64,000 nt of DNA from an uncultured Planctomycetia bacterium (GTDB lineage Bacteria > Omnitrophota > Gorgyraeia > 2-02-FULL-51-18). Both the position numbers and the translations under genes were made by a program. The stretch covers positions 116,846 through 180,845 of the forward strand of contig CAZXLF010000001.1 in assembly GCA_964642015.1 (NCBI GenBank), given 5' to 3'. Shown here in pieces: positions 28,369 through 39,253 of this stretch (positions within the stretch are counted from its first letter, which is position 1; the number at the start of each line of letters is the position of its first letter). Below the pieces are notes generated by a model. It made no database searches. It saw only the letters and a program-made list of their open reading frames with translations, and was not told where the DNA came from.

Positions 28369-31300
28369 ATGAACGGAATGCCTAAAAAACAAGGACTTTA
28401 CGACCCAGCGTTTGAGAAAGACAGCTGCGGAGTAGGTTTTGTCGTCAATATTAAAGGTAAGCAGTCGCACGAGATCATCAAGCAGGCGCTGACAATCCTC
28501 GTAAATCTGCGCCATCGCGGAGCTTGCGGTTGCGAAGCCAATACCGGAGACGGCGCGGGCATTTTGTTTCAAGTCCCTCATGATTTCTTGAAGGAAGTGT
28601 GCCTAAAAGAAAAAATCAAGCTGCCTGAACAGCTAAACTACGGCGTTGGCATGATCTATCTTCCAAAAGATTCCAAGCAGCGTGAAGCTTGCGAGAAAAT
28701 GTTTGAAAAGATCGTCCATGAAGAGGGGCAGACGTTCTTAGGATGGCGTACCGTTCCGACGGATAATTCTTCACTGGGTCCCACCGCGAAAAACTCTGAA
28801 CCTTTTGTGCGCCAAGTGTTTATCGGCCGTAATCCAAAGATAAAAGATGATCTGTCTTTCGAGCGAAAGCTTTATGTGATACGCCGCCGTGCTGAGAATG
28901 CGATTCGCTATTCAAAAATAGGCGGAGGGAATTATTTTTACGTTTCAAGCCTTTCTTCCAGGACCATTATTTATAAAGGAATGTTGATGTCCGAGCAGGT
29001 CGAGGCTTTTTTCCCCGATCTCCTTCATCCGGCTTTAAAAAGTGCTCTGGCGCTTGTTCATTCGCGTTTCAGCACAAATACTTTTCCTAATTGGGAACGC
29101 GCTCATCCGAATCGATACATGGCACACAACGGCGAGATCAACACGCTTCGCGGCAATGTGAACTGGATGCATGCACGCCAGGCGATGTGCAAGTCGGATC
29201 TTTTCGGAGATGATATCAAAAAATTGTTGCCGATCATCTGCGAAGACGGCAGCGATTCGGCGATGTTCGACAATTGCCTTGAATTCCTCGTGTTGGCCGG
29301 CCGTTCGCTGCCTCATGCGGTGATGATGATGATCCCTGAACCATGGTCAAACCATGAAAGCATGAGCGATCAGAAAAAAGCTTTTTACGAATATCACAGT
29401 TCCTTGATGGAACCGTGGGATGGTCCTGCCTCCATTGCATTTACGGACGGTATCCAGATCGGTGCGGTGCTTGACCGCAACGGCCTAAGACCTTCGCGTT
29501 ATTATGTGACGAAAGATGATCTGGTGATCATGGCATCTGAAGTGGGGGTGCTGGATGTTTCTCCAGAGCAAGTGCTTCAGAAAGGCCGCCTACAGCCGGG
29601 AAGAATGTTCTTGGTTGACACCAAAGAGGGCAGGATCGTTGACGACGAAGAGATCAAAAAGAAGATCTCATCCGAGCATCCTTATCGTCAATGGTTAAGT
29701 GATAATTTAGTGAGTTTGGAAAATTTACCCGAAGCGCCTCATGTGCACGATCCGGATCATGCGACGGTACTTTTGCGTCAGCAGGCCTTTGGTTATACGT
29801 TTGAAGATCTGAGGATCTTAATGGCACCGATGGGTCAGCTTGGTGTTGAACCGGTAGGTTCGATGGGCACCGATACGCCGCTCGCGGTTTTATCGAATAA
29901 GCCCCAGCTTCTTTATAATTATTTCAAACAGCTTTTTGCCCAGGTGACCAATCCGCCGATCGATTGTATTCGCGAGGAGATCGTTACTTCTACCGAAACA
30001 ACCATCGGTCCTGAGAAAAATTTATTGTTGCCCGAGCCTGAAAGCTGCCGTCAGATCAAATTAAAGAGCCCGATCCTGACGAACGAAGAATTTGAAAAGC
30101 TTCGCCACATCAAAAGCCGCGATTTTAAATCGATTACGCTGCCGATCCTTTATAAAGTTTCCGACGGCAAAAAAGCGCTCGAATCGGCTCTCGAAGAGCT
30201 TTATAAAAAAGCAAGCCACGCTATTAAAGACGGTGTGAATCTTCTCGTGATATCTGATCGGGGAGTCGATCATGATCACGCGGCCATTCCCGCACTTCTG
30301 GCGGTCTCGGGTCTGCATCATCATTTGATCCGTGAAGGAACAAGGACAAAAGTAGGTTTGGTGCTTGAATCGGGAGAACCACGCGAAGTGCATCATTTTG
30401 CGTTATTGATCGGTTACGGCGTTGGCGCGATCAATCCGTATCTTGCTTTTGAGACGCTGGATGATCTGATACGTCAGGGCATTTTAAAAAATATCGATCA
30501 TAAAACAGCCGTGAAAAATTATGCGAAGGCGGTTGCCAAAGGCGTTGTAAAGACGATGTCGAAGATGGGTATTTCGACGATCCAAAGCTATCGCGGCGCT
30601 CAAATTTTCGAGGCGGTGGGTTTGAACCACGAAGTCGTGGATAAATATTTTACGTGGACACCATCGCGCATTGAAGGTGTCGGCCTTGACGGGCTTGCAG
30701 AGGAAGTGCTTAAACGTCACCGTCACGCGTTTCCTGACAGGCAGATGAACGGCTTGGCGCTTGATCCGGGCGGCCAATATCAATGGCGACGCGATGGAGA
30801 GTATCATCTGTTCAATCCGGAGACGATCCACAAACTTCAGCTTTCCACGCGCACAAAGAACTATAAGGTTTTCAAAGAATATTCATCGGCCGTTGATAAT
30901 CACTCGACAAGTTATTGTACGCTTCGAGGTTTGTTAGATTTTAAATTTGCACCTACTCCGATCTCTTTGGAAGAAGTCGAGCCCGCTTCGGAGATTGTCA
31001 AACGTTTTAAAACAGGCGCCATGTCGTATGGTTCTATCAGCAAAGAAGCGCACGAGAGCCTTGCTGTTGCGATGAACCGCATCGGAGGCAAGAGCAACAC
31101 AGGCGAAGGCGGTGAAGATCCTGCGCGTTATGTTCCGGAACCTAACGGAGATTCGAAGAACAGCGCGATCAAACAAGTCGCTTCAGGGAGATTTGGCGTG
31201 ACGAGCCATTATTTGGTGATGGCCAAAGAATTGCAGATCAAAATGGCCCAAGGCGCTAAACCAGGTGAAGGGGGGCAATTACCCGGCGCGAAAGTGTATC

Positions 31301-32961
31301 CTTGGATAGCGAAAGTACGTCTATCAACACCAGGTGTAGGTCTTATTTCTCCGCCACCTCATCATGATATTTATTCTATCGAAGATCTTGCTGAGTTGAT
31401 TCATGATCTGAAAAATTCAAATCACAAAGCCAGGATTAGCGTAAAACTCGTCGCGGAAGTCGGTGTAGGCACAATTGCAGCGGGCGTCGCAAAAGCACAC
31501 GCGGATGTCGTGTTGATCAGCGGTCATGATGGCGGAACAGGCGCTTCACCACTTTCCAGCATTAAACACGCCGGCGCTCCATGGGAATTGGGATTGGCTG
31601 AGACGCATCAGACGCTTGTGCTGAATAATCTGAGGAGCCGTATCGCTGTTGAGACAGACGGACAATTGAAGACAGGGCGTGATGTGGTGGTTGCAGCGCT
31701 TTTGGGTGCCGAAGAATTTGGTTTTGCGACTGCGCCGCTTGTGACATTGGGATGCATTATGATGCGCGTTTGCCATTTAAATACTTGTCCCGTTGGTGTT
31801 GCGACGCAGGACCCTGAGCTCCGCAAAAAATTCACCGGAGATCCCGCTTATACAGTGAACTTCATGTATTTTATTGCCGAGGAAGTGCGGGAATTTATGG
31901 CCAAACTTGGCTTTCGCACTGTGAACGAAATGATCGGGAGGACGGATAAACTGGACGCGACGAAAGCTGTCGATCATTGGAAAGCCAAAGGCATTGATCT
32001 GTCTAAAATTTTGCATCAACCCGAAGTCGATCCGAAAGTGGGACGGTATTGTCAGATCTCTCAGGATCACGGATTGGATCAGGCGTTGGATAATACGACG
32101 CTGCTTAAACTTTGCGAACCGGCCCTATCCCAGAAAAAACCGGTCAAAGCATCACTTCCAATCAAAAATACAAATCGAGTCGTCGGAACCATTCTGGGAA
32201 GCGAAGTCAGCCGGCGATATGGTTCTGAAGGCTTGCCTGACGGAACGATCCATTTGAAATTCAATGGTTCCGCCGGTCAGAGCTTTGGCGCATTTGTTCC
32301 GCGCGGTATCACGCTTGAACTTGAAGGCGATGCGAATGATTATGTCGGGAAAGGTTTATCCGGCGGAAGAATTATTGTATATCCTGATAAAAAAGCGACC
32401 TTTAAGCCTGAGGAGAATATTATTATAGGAAATGTTGCGTTTTATGGCGCCACCTCAGGTGAGGCATTTATATCCGGGGTGGCAGGCGAGAGATTTTGTG
32501 TGAGAAATAGCGGTGTTAACGCCGTCGTCGAAGCTGTCGGTGATCACGGTTGCGAATATATGACAGGCGGAAATGTGATCGTTTTAGGTCCGACCGGAAG
32601 GAATTTTGCGGCAGGAATGTCCGGCGGCCTGGCTTTTGTGCTGGACGCGGCGGGAAATTTTGCGAACCATTGCAATAAGCAGATGGTCGATCTTGAAACT
32701 CTAAACAAACCCGAAGAGATAGAAATGGTCCGCAACATGATCGACCGGCACGTCAAATTGACCGGCAGCAGGCGCGCGAAACTTGTAATGGACCTGTGGA
32801 ATGAAATGCTTCCTAAATTTGTTAAGGTCATTCCAAAAGATTATAAGCGTGTGCTTCAGTCGCTTGAGCGTGTGAAAAGTTCAGGACTCAGCGGTGAAGA
32901 GGCGATCATGGCTGCATTTGAAGAAAATGCGCGCGATCTGTCACGAATAGGTGGAAATTAA
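28369..32961 (+). CDS. gltB: glutamate synthase large subunit
   Basis: 1530 aa. N-terminal amidotransferase Cys in the CGVGFV context, followed by the central FMN/Fe-S domain and C-terminal GXGXG domains. Confidence 0.95.
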   Translation: MNGMPKKQGLYDPAFEKDSCGVGFVVNIKGKQSHEIIKQALTILVNLRHRGACGCEANTGDGAGILFQVPHDFLKEVCLKEKIKLPEQLNYGVGMIYLPKDSKQREACEKMFEKIVHEEGQTFLGWRTVPTDNSSLGPTAKNSEPFVRQVFIGRNPKIKDDLSFERKLYVIRRRAENAIRYSKIGGGNYFYVSSLSSRTIIYKGMLMSEQVEAFFPDLLHPALKSALALVHSRFSTNTFPNWERAHPNRYMAHNGEINTLRGNVNWMHARQAMCKSDLFGDDIKKLLPIICEDGSDSAMFDNCLEFLVLAGRSLPHAVMMMIPEPWSNHESMSDQKKAFYEYHSSLMEPWDGPASIAFTDGIQIGAVLDRNGLRPSRYYVTKDDLVIMASEVGVLDVSPEQVLQKGRLQPGRMFLVDTKEGRIVDDEEIKKKISSEHPYRQWLSDNLVSLENLPEAPHVHDPDHATVLLRQQAFGYTFEDLRILMAPMGQLGVEPVGSMGTDTPLAVLSNKPQLLYNYFKQLFAQVTNPPIDCIREEIVTSTETTIGPEKNLLLPEPESCRQIKLKSPILTNEEFEKLRHIKSRDFKSITLPILYKVSDGKKALESALEELYKKASHAIKDGVNLLVISDRGVDHDHAAIPALLAVSGLHHHLIREGTRTKVGLVLESGEPREVHHFALLIGYGVGAINPYLAFETLDDLIRQGILKNIDHKTAVKNYAKAVAKGVVKTMSKMGISTIQSYRGAQIFEAVGLNHEVVDKYFTWTPSRIEGVGLDGLAEEVLKRHRHAFPDRQMNGLALDPGGQYQWRRDGEYHLFNPETIHKLQLSTRTKNYKVFKEYSSAVDNHSTSYCTLRGLLDFKFAPTPISLEEVEPASEIVKRFKTGAMSYGSISKEAHESLAVAMNRIGGKSNTGEGGEDPARYVPEPNGDSKNSAIKQVASGRFGVTSHYLVMAKELQIKMAQGAKPGEGGQLPGAKVYPWIAKVRLSTPGVGLISPPPHHDIYSIEDLAELIHDLKNSNHKARISVKLVAEVGVGTIAAGVAKAHADVVLISGHDGGTGASPLSSIKHAGAPWELGLAETHQTLVLNNLRSRIAVETDGQLKTGRDVVVAALLGAEEFGFATAPLVTLGCIMMRVCHLNTCPVGVATQDPELRKKFTGDPAYTVNFMYFIAEEVREFMAKLGFRTVNEMIGRTDKLDATKAVDHWKAKGIDLSKILHQPEVDPKVGRYCQISQDHGLDQALDNTTLLKLCEPALSQKKPVKASLPIKNTNRVVGTILGSEVSRRYGSEGLPDGTIHLKFNGSAGQSFGAFVPRGITLELEGDANDYVGKGLSGGRIIVYPDKKATFKPEENIIIGNVAFYGATSGEAFISGVAGERFCVRNSGVNAVVEAVGDHGCEYMTGGNVIVLGPTGRNFAAGMSGGLAFVLDAAGNFANHCNKQMVDLETLNKPEEIEMVRNMIDRHVKLTGSRRAKLVMDLWNEMLPKFVKVIPKDYKRVLQSLERVKSSGLSGEEAIMAAFEENARDLSRIGGN

Positions 32962-32969
32962 ATCGACCC

Positions 32970-34454
32970 ATGGGCAAACCTACCGGTTTCAAAGAAATAG
33001 CACGCGAACTTCCCAAAGATATCACCCCGACCGACCGCATCCGTAATTGGAGTGAGTTCCATACGCATATGCCTGAAGAAAAACTTCAGGCGCAAGGCGC
33101 GCGATGCATGGATTGCGGTATTCCGTTTTGCCACACCGGAACACTTTTAGCCGGTATGGCTTCCGGATGCCCGATCAACAATCTGATCCCCGAGTGGAAT
33201 GATCTTGTTTACCGCGGGCTTTGGCGTGAAGCGCTGGACCGCCTGCACAAGACGAATAATTTTCCTGAATTTACCGGCCGTGTTTGTCCGGCCCCCTGTG
33301 AGGGTTCCTGTGTTTTGGGTATCAATGAACCGCCGGTGACGATCAAAAATATAGAATATTCGATCATTGAAAAGGGATTTGACGAAGGGTGGGTGACGCC
33401 GCAAGCCCCATCGAAACGCACGAATAAAAAAGTCGCGATCGTTGGTTCTGGACCGGCGGGTCTTGCCGCTGCGTCCCAACTAAATCGTGCCGGGCATTGG
33501 GTGACCGTATTTGAACGCGCTGACCGCATCGGTGGCCTTCTGATGTACGGCATTCCCAACATGAAGCTGGATAAAAAGATCGTGCAGCGGCGTGTGGATT
33601 TGATGACTAAGGAAGGCGTGAAGTTTGTTGTGAACACCGAAGTCGGAAAGAATTATCCGGCTGAAAAACTTTTGAAAGAATTTGACGGGGTCGTTCTTTG
33701 CGGAGGCGCAACGAAGCCGCGCGATCTTCCGATCGAAGGACGCAACTTGAAGGGGATCCATTTTGCGATGGAATTTCTTCACAACAATACCAAGAGCTTG
33801 CTGGACAACAAATGGGGAGAGAGCTTTATTTCAGCCGAGAGCAAAGATGTCATTGTGATCGGCGGAGGTGATACCGGAACGGACTGTGTGGGAACGTCGA
33901 TGAGGCATCGATGCAAGAGCTTGATCCAGCTTGAGATCCTTCCGAAGCCTCCGCTTGAGCGTGCGTCCGATAATCCTTGGCCCCAATGGCCTAAGGTTTA
34001 TAAATTGGATTACGGTCAGGAAGAAGTCGCGGAAAAATTCGGCGATGATCCCAGAAAGTATCTTGTAACAGCGAAAAAATTCATCGGCGATGAAAATGGG
34101 CGCGTCAAACAGATCCAGATCGTGAATATTGAATGGCAGAAGGACGACAAAGGGCGCTTTATTCCCAAAGAGATCGCGGGAACTGAGAAGCTGTTACCGG
34201 TGCAGCTTGTGCTTTTGGCGATGGGTTTTCTGGGTCCCGAAGAGACCGTATTAAAAGGTCTGGGTATCGAGCAGGATGAGCGCTCGAACGCGAAGGCGGA
34301 ATATGGAAAATACGCGACGAACATCAAAGGGGTGTTCGCGGCGGGCGATATGCGGCGTGGCCAAAGTCTTGTGGTGTGGGCGATCAACGAGGGACGCGGC
34401 GCTGCGCGCGCAATGGATCAGTATTTGATGGGAACGAGCGATCTGCCGGGTTGA
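32970..34454 (+). CDS. gltD: glutamate synthase small subunit (NADPH)
   Basis: 494 aa. Cysteine cluster region, then the FAD/NAD dinucleotide motifs [14 protein letters not shown] and [11 protein letters not shown]. Confidence 0.95.
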   Translation: MGKPTGFKEIARELPKDITPTDRIRNWSEFHTHMPEEKLQAQGARCMDCGIPFCHTGTLLAGMASGCPINNLIPEWNDLVYRGLWREALDRLHKTNNFPEFTGRVCPAPCEGSCVLGINEPPVTIKNIEYSIIEKGFDEGWVTPQAPSKRTNKKVAIVGSGPAGLAAASQLNRAGHWVTVFERADRIGGLLMYGIPNMKLDKKIVQRRVDLMTKEGVKFVVNTEVGKNYPAEKLLKEFDGVVLCGGATKPRDLPIEGRNLKGIHFAMEFLHNNTKSLLDNKWGESFISAESKDVIVIGGGDTGTDCVGTSMRHRCKSLIQLEILPKPPLERASDNPWPQWPKVYKLDYGQEEVAEKFGDDPRKYLVTAKKFIGDENGRVKQIQIVNIEWQKDDKGRFIPKEIAGTEKLLPVQLVLLAMGFLGPEETVLKGLGIEQDERSNAKAEYGKYATNIKGVFAAGDMRRGQSLVVWAINEGRGAARAMDQYLMGTSDLPG

Positions 34455-34503
34455 CAGCTCGATAAATTCTTGATAATCTAACGGCTAATTTAAGGAGAGA
34501 ATC

Positions 34504-34737
34504 ATGGCAAATAAGGAAAATAAATACGGCGATAATGTGGCAGGCGCTTTTTACGTTGATACACAGTGTATCGATTGCGATCTTTGCCGCCAGACAGCGC
34601 CCAACAATTTTGATAGAAACCAGAGCGGTGGATACTCATTCGTGAAAAAGCAGCCGACGACCCCCGAAGAAGAGGCGCTTTGCAAAGAAGCGAAAGAGGG
34701 TTGCCCAGTCGAAGCGATAGGTAACGACGGTCCGTAA
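34504..34737 (+). CDS. small single-cluster ferredoxin
   Basis: 77 aa with CIDCDLC ... CP spacing typical of a 3Fe/4Fe-4S ferredoxin. Good SD (aaggagag). Confidence 0.7.
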   Translation: MANKENKYGDNVAGAFYVDTQCIDCDLCRQTAPNNFDRNQSGGYSFVKKQPTTPEEEALCKEAKEGCPVEAIGNDGP

Positions 34738-34764
34738 TTTCGATATTAAAGTAAAGCATTCCTT

Positions 34765-34798
34765 GTAGGGGCAATTCACCGATTGCCCCTACTTTTTT
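34765..34798 (+). terminator. rho-independent terminator after the ferredoxin gene
   Basis: gtaggggcaat-tcaccg-attgcccctac followed by tttttt. Confidence 0.6.
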
Positions 34799-34814
34799 AT
34801 GTTAGGATAATGTC

Positions 34815-35762
34815 ATGAGCGAAATATCTAATGTCATCATCATAGGATCAGGCCCGGCAGGTTTTACAGCGGCTGTCTATGCGGCACGCGCAAATCTGAA
34901 ACCGCTTTTGTTCGAAGGTCTTGTGAAAGGCGGTCAACCCGGCGGCCAATTGATGCTCACGACTGATGTGGAAAATTATCCAGGGTTTCCGCAGGGGATC
35001 CTGGGTCCGGAGTTGATGGAGCTTTTCAGGAAGCAGGCCGCGAGATTCGGTACGACGCTGATCCAGCAGGATGTGACCAGCGTTGATCTCTCTAAAAGAC
35101 CCTTCAAAGTAACTTCAGACGGCAAAGATTATTTCGGAAACAGCGTGATCATTTCTACCGGCGCTTCGGCCAATTGGCTCAATATCCCTTCAGAAAAAGC
35201 GCTGCAGGGTTATGGCGTTTCAGCCTGCGCGACCTGCGACGGATTCTTCTTCAAAGGCAAAGAAGTTCTTGTGGTTGGAGGAGGCGATTCAGCGGTGGAG
35301 GAGGCAACGTTCCTGACAAAATTCGCAACAAAAGTGACCATCATCCATCGTCGCGACGCGCTCCGAGCATCAAAGATCATGCAGGACCGCGCCCGGAGTA
35401 ATCCGAAGATCGATTTCATTTGGGATTCGGCGATCGAAGAGATCAAGGATCCGGCTCAAAAAAAAGTCACGGGCGTTGTGCTAAAAAATTTGAGGACCGG
35501 TCAGAAAAGCGAGAAAAAATGCGACGGTGTTTTTATGGCAATCGGCCATACACCAAACTCCGAAGTTTTTAAAGGTCAGATCGAGCTTGACGCAAAAGGT
35601 TATATCAAGGTTCATGACGGCAGTCTCACCAGCGTGTCGGGTGTTTTTGCCTGCGGAGATGTGCAAGATTTCAAATACCGGCAGGCGATTACGGCGGCGG
35701 GATCGGGCTGCATGGCTGCGCTTGACGCCGAAAGGTTCTTAGAAGCGGAGCATCACGCTTGA
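34815..35762 (+). CDS. trxB: thioredoxin-disulfide reductase
   Basis: 315 aa with IIGSGPAG and the redox-active site SACATCDG. Confidence 0.9.
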   Translation: MSEISNVIIIGSGPAGFTAAVYAARANLKPLLFEGLVKGGQPGGQLMLTTDVENYPGFPQGILGPELMELFRKQAARFGTTLIQQDVTSVDLSKRPFKVTSDGKDYFGNSVIISTGASANWLNIPSEKALQGYGVSACATCDGFFFKGKEVLVVGGGDSAVEEATFLTKFATKVTIIHRRDALRASKIMQDRARSNPKIDFIWDSAIEEIKDPAQKKVTGVVLKNLRTGQKSEKKCDGVFMAIGHTPNSEVFKGQIELDAKGYIKVHDGSLTSVSGVFACGDVQDFKYRQAITAAGSGCMAALDAERFLEAEHHA

Positions 35763-37162
35763 AATTTCCTTTTCCGTTCAAAAAGAAAAAAGATCCGCTT
35801 CCCAAAAATTTTCTGCCTAAGATCAGAACCAAGGCGGTTCCCGGTCCGCAATCCGTTAAGCTTACCGAATCGCTTAAACGCTTTGAATGCCCCCAGATTA
35901 CTTTCGCGAATGAGAATTTTCCCGTTTTCTTGAAAAAGGCATCCGGTTGCAATATGACCGACGTGGACGGCAATCGGTATCTGGACCTCTCAAGTGCTTT
36001 TTCAGTAGTTAATATCGGTCATGGTTCGCCTGCCGTTCTAAAAGTCATGAGGGAGCAGGCGAAATTAATGATGCATGGCATGGGCGATGTGCATCCAAAC
36101 GAAGTAAAAGTTCTTTTGGCCAAACGTCTTTCAGAGATCACGCCGGGGAATTTAAATCAGACGATTTTTTCATCCACAGGTGCTGAAGCCGTCGAATCGG
36201 CCTTGAAGACGGCTGTCATGCATACTAAAAAAACCGGCGTCATCGCTTTTACCGGTGCTTATCACGGATTGTTGTACGGAACGCTCAGCGTGACGCACCG
36301 GGAAGATTTTAAAAAGCCGTTCCAAAAACAGTTGGGGACGTTCAGTTATCATGCGCCGTTCCCGGATATGCGTGTTTACGAAGGCAAGGCCTCGGAAGTT
36401 TCCATGAAAGCCGTGCAATCGATCGTAAAAAAGTCCAGGCGTTCCAAGCATCCTGTCGGTGCGGTTCTTATTGAGCCGATTCAAGGCAGAGGAGGGATCG
36501 TCGCGGCGCCTCAAGAATTTTTAAAAAGTCTCCGAGCATTTTGTGATCAGGAAAAGATCCTGTTGATTGCTGACGAGGTATTTACGGGTTTCGGAAGGAC
36601 CGGCTCTCTGTTTGCGATCGAAAAAAGCGGTGTTGTGCCGGATATTATGTGTATGGGCAAGGGCATGGCAAATGGATTTCCGATATCCGCTTGTATTGGA
36701 ACCACTCGCGTGATGTATTCTTGGGGAACTTGCTCAGGAGACGCGATCCATACGAGCACCTTTTTGGGAAATCCGCTTGGATGCGCGATCGCATTAGCCG
36801 TGATCAAAGAGATCGAGGATAAAAAATTCGTAGAGCGTTCTAAGAATCTTGGAGAACTTTTCCGCAAGGAGCTGTGGAAGCTCAAGGAAAAATATCCGGT
36901 GATCGGCGATATTCGCGGCTCAGGCCTCATGATCGGCATTGAATTCATGGAATCGCAGACCTATAAAGCCAAGCAGAATCACATTGTTCCCGCAACTTCA
37001 AAAGCGCGGGCATTTTTTGTCGAGTCATTGAAACACGGCATTATCTTATTGCCGTCAGGCCCGTACCACAATGTGATTTCGATCATTCCTCCGTTCGTGA
37101 TTTCTGAAAAAGAGATCCATTTCGCTGTGAAGACCTTTGATAAAATCCTAAGTAAAATTTAG
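35759..37162 (+). CDS. class-III (fold-type I) aminotransferase, acetylornithine/GABA aminotransferase-like
   Basis: TTG start overlapping the trxB stop (gcttgaaa). It has the typical N-terminal PGPQS region and the PLP-lysine context DEVFTGFGRTG ... GKG. Confidence 0.85.
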   Translation: MKFPFPFKKKKDPLPKNFLPKIRTKAVPGPQSVKLTESLKRFECPQITFANENFPVFLKKASGCNMTDVDGNRYLDLSSAFSVVNIGHGSPAVLKVMREQAKLMMHGMGDVHPNEVKVLLAKRLSEITPGNLNQTIFSSTGAEAVESALKTAVMHTKKTGVIAFTGAYHGLLYGTLSVTHREDFKKPFQKQLGTFSYHAPFPDMRVYEGKASEVSMKAVQSIVKKSRRSKHPVGAVLIEPIQGRGGIVAAPQEFLKSLRAFCDQEKILLIADEVFTGFGRTGSLFAIEKSGVVPDIMCMGKGMANGFPISACIGTTRVMYSWGTCSGDAIHTSTFLGNPLGCAIALAVIKEIEDKKFVERSKNLGELFRKELWKLKEKYPVIGDIRGSGLMIGIEFMESQTYKAKQNHIVPATSKARAFFVESLKHGIILLPSGPYHNVISIIPPFVISEKEIHFAVKTFDKILSKI

Positions 37163-37275
37163 TTAACGATATCAATTTGATCACTAGGCGATATTTTAAG
37201 GTATATAATAGTTCTTCGTAAACGGCAGTCTTAACAAGCAGGAGCCGCCTTCCGAGCAGAGGGCGGTTTTGTGAT

Positions 37276-38142
37276 ATGACAAAACTTTCAAATTCAACGG
37301 GTGTATTGTTGATCCACGGCATGACAGGCGCGCCTCTTGAAATGCGTCCATTGGCAAGAAAACTGCAAAAGCAGGGCTATAAAGTACGCGTGCCGTTGTT
37401 GGCCGGGCATGGCGGGGGAAATGATGAACTTTTGGCTTCGACCTGGCAGGACTGGCTTCAGGGCCTCAAGCGGCATTTGAGGTATTTAAAATCCAAACAT
37501 GAACATGTATTTATTGCCGGGTTATCGGTCGGAGCATTACTCGGCATTCTTTTGGCCGCCGAAGAGAGTGTCGATGGGCTTATAATTCTCTCGGTGGATT
37601 TGGGTTATCCGGGTAAAAGCCAGCCGTTGACCCGCCATCTTCTGCCGCTTGTTTATAAAATACCTTTCTTGCGTCGTCATAGTTATTGGACCGAGAAACC
37701 ACCGTATGGCTTGAAGGACAAGCGTTTGCAGCGAAAGATCACCGAAGCGATCGAAGCTTCTAAAAAGAGAGCGACTAAATCGTACGGTCTTTTCAGGACT
37801 TATGTCGAATCCCTTTATCAAGCCGAATTGCTGAAAAAAGAAGTGAGAAAGAAAGCCTCGAATGTCCAATGTCCCTCATTGATCATTCATAGCATGGAAG
37901 ACACAATGTTCAGTGTTAAAAATGCCACGGCTGCTTACGAAATATTGGGTTCGCGTGAAAAAAAGATATCACTGATCTCCGGTGGAGATCATGTGATCAC
38001 GGTGGATCTTTGCAAAAATGAAGTCGCCAAACAAGTCGGCGAATTCATCTCTCATCTTACTCCGCAACCGCAGCGATTCATTTCAATCATGGATCCCGCC
38101 GCGGCAGAAACACCCGAAAGACCGGCCACTTTTTCCGGTTAA
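37276..38142 (+). CDS. alpha/beta-hydrolase, Est-type carboxylesterase/thioesterase-like
   Basis: 288 aa. HGMTG oxyanion region. Nucleophile elbow GLSVGA. Its size and layout resemble Est30-like carboxylesterases. Confidence 0.75.
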   Translation: MTKLSNSTGVLLIHGMTGAPLEMRPLARKLQKQGYKVRVPLLAGHGGGNDELLASTWQDWLQGLKRHLRYLKSKHEHVFIAGLSVGALLGILLAAEESVDGLIILSVDLGYPGKSQPLTRHLLPLVYKIPFLRRHSYWTEKPPYGLKDKRLQRKITEAIEASKKRATKSYGLFRTYVESLYQAELLKKEVRKKASNVQCPSLIIHSMEDTMFSVKNATAAYEILGSREKKISLISGGDHVITVDLCKNEVAKQVGEFISHLTPQPQRFISIMDPAAAETPERPATFSG

Positions 38143-38148
38143 CGAACA

Positions 38149-39246
38149 GTGCCATCCGATGCCGGAACAAAAAAACTGGACTGCGAGATCTTGGAATTCA
38201 TCAGAAAATACTCTTTTAAGGATGCGCCTGATGATTTGTTCGGATCGTTAGCGATAAAGATCTTTGAGTATCAATACGAAAAAAATTTGAATTACCGGAA
38301 ATTTTGTTCACTGCAAGGCAAAAAGCCCGGATACCTGGAACACTGGAAAGATATTCCGGCGATCCCCACAGCGGGTTTTAAAGAACTTGCGCTGACGAGT
38401 TTCCCGTTAAAGAATGCGATCAAAACATTCAAAACAAGCGGCACGACGCAGGCGGGCCGGGGTGTGCATTTTTTTGACACCTTGAGACTTTATGAGTCAT
38501 CGATCGTCCCGTCATTTAAGGCGTTCATGATACCGGATTCTGCAGACCTCTCATTTCATTTTCTTGTTGCATCTCCGAAAGACTCACCGGAATCATCCCT
38601 CTCACATATGATGGGTGTCGTTGACCGGGTTTTTGCCAAACGGCGCGGCAAATTCTATGTTCAAAAAGATCAAATGAATTGTGACGCCTTGATGCGGAAT
38701 TTGATCTCTGAAAAAAAGAAAGTGTTCATTCTTGCGACGGCGTTCTCGTTGAAAATTTTTTTGGACCATCTGAAACGTCAGAAAGTCCGCGTCAAATTGC
38801 CTCGCGGAAGCCGACTCATGGAAACCGGCGGTTTTAAGGGAAAAGTCAAAGAAGTTTCCAAAGAACGGCTTTACGGCGAATGCGGAAAAATGCTTGGGAT
38901 CGATCGGTATCATTGCGTCAGCGAATATGGAATGACGGAACTTTCCAGCCAATGCTACGATACGACGCTCGTGGATAAATTATCGGGGATCAAAAGAAAA
39001 CCATTCAAGAAAGGACCTGCGTGGCTGAGGACTTTGGTGATCGATCCAAAAACAGGCAAAGAAACTAAAAAGGGGAATATCGGTATTCTCAGTCATTTTG
39101 ACCTTGCTAACCGCGGTTCGGTACTGGCCATTCAAACCGAAGATTTAGGTAGAAAAGTGGGAGATGGCTTTGAACTTTTGGGCCGCGCTTCCGGAGCTGA
39201 GCTTCGCGGATGCTCGCTGAGCTATGAGGAATTCCTTAATTCTTAA
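38149..39246 (+). CDS. LuxE-like acyl-protein synthetase (ANL-superfamily adenylating enzyme)
   Basis: GTG start. The stretch DIPAIPTAGFKELALTS...FKTSGTTQAGRGV parallels LuxE's DIPVFPTSVFK...FTSSGT motif. A later TGGFKGK also parallels LuxE. Confidence 0.65.
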   Translation: MPSDAGTKKLDCEILEFIRKYSFKDAPDDLFGSLAIKIFEYQYEKNLNYRKFCSLQGKKPGYLEHWKDIPAIPTAGFKELALTSFPLKNAIKTFKTSGTTQAGRGVHFFDTLRLYESSIVPSFKAFMIPDSADLSFHFLVASPKDSPESSLSHMMGVVDRVFAKRRGKFYVQKDQMNCDALMRNLISEKKKVFILATAFSLKIFLDHLKRQKVRVKLPRGSRLMETGGFKGKVKEVSKERLYGECGKMLGIDRYHCVSEYGMTELSSQCYDTTLVDKLSGIKRKPFKKGPAWLRTLVIDPKTGKETKKGNIGILSHFDLANRGSVLAIQTEDLGRKVGDGFELLGRASGAELRGCSLSYEEFLNS

Positions 39247-39253
39247 GGTTTAA

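Noticed and set aside
37276-38142. Calling the alpha/beta-hydrolase a bona fide LuxD
   Set aside because: The sequence resembles Est-type carboxylesterases more than Vibrio LuxD. The LuxD-like role is an inference from gene context only.
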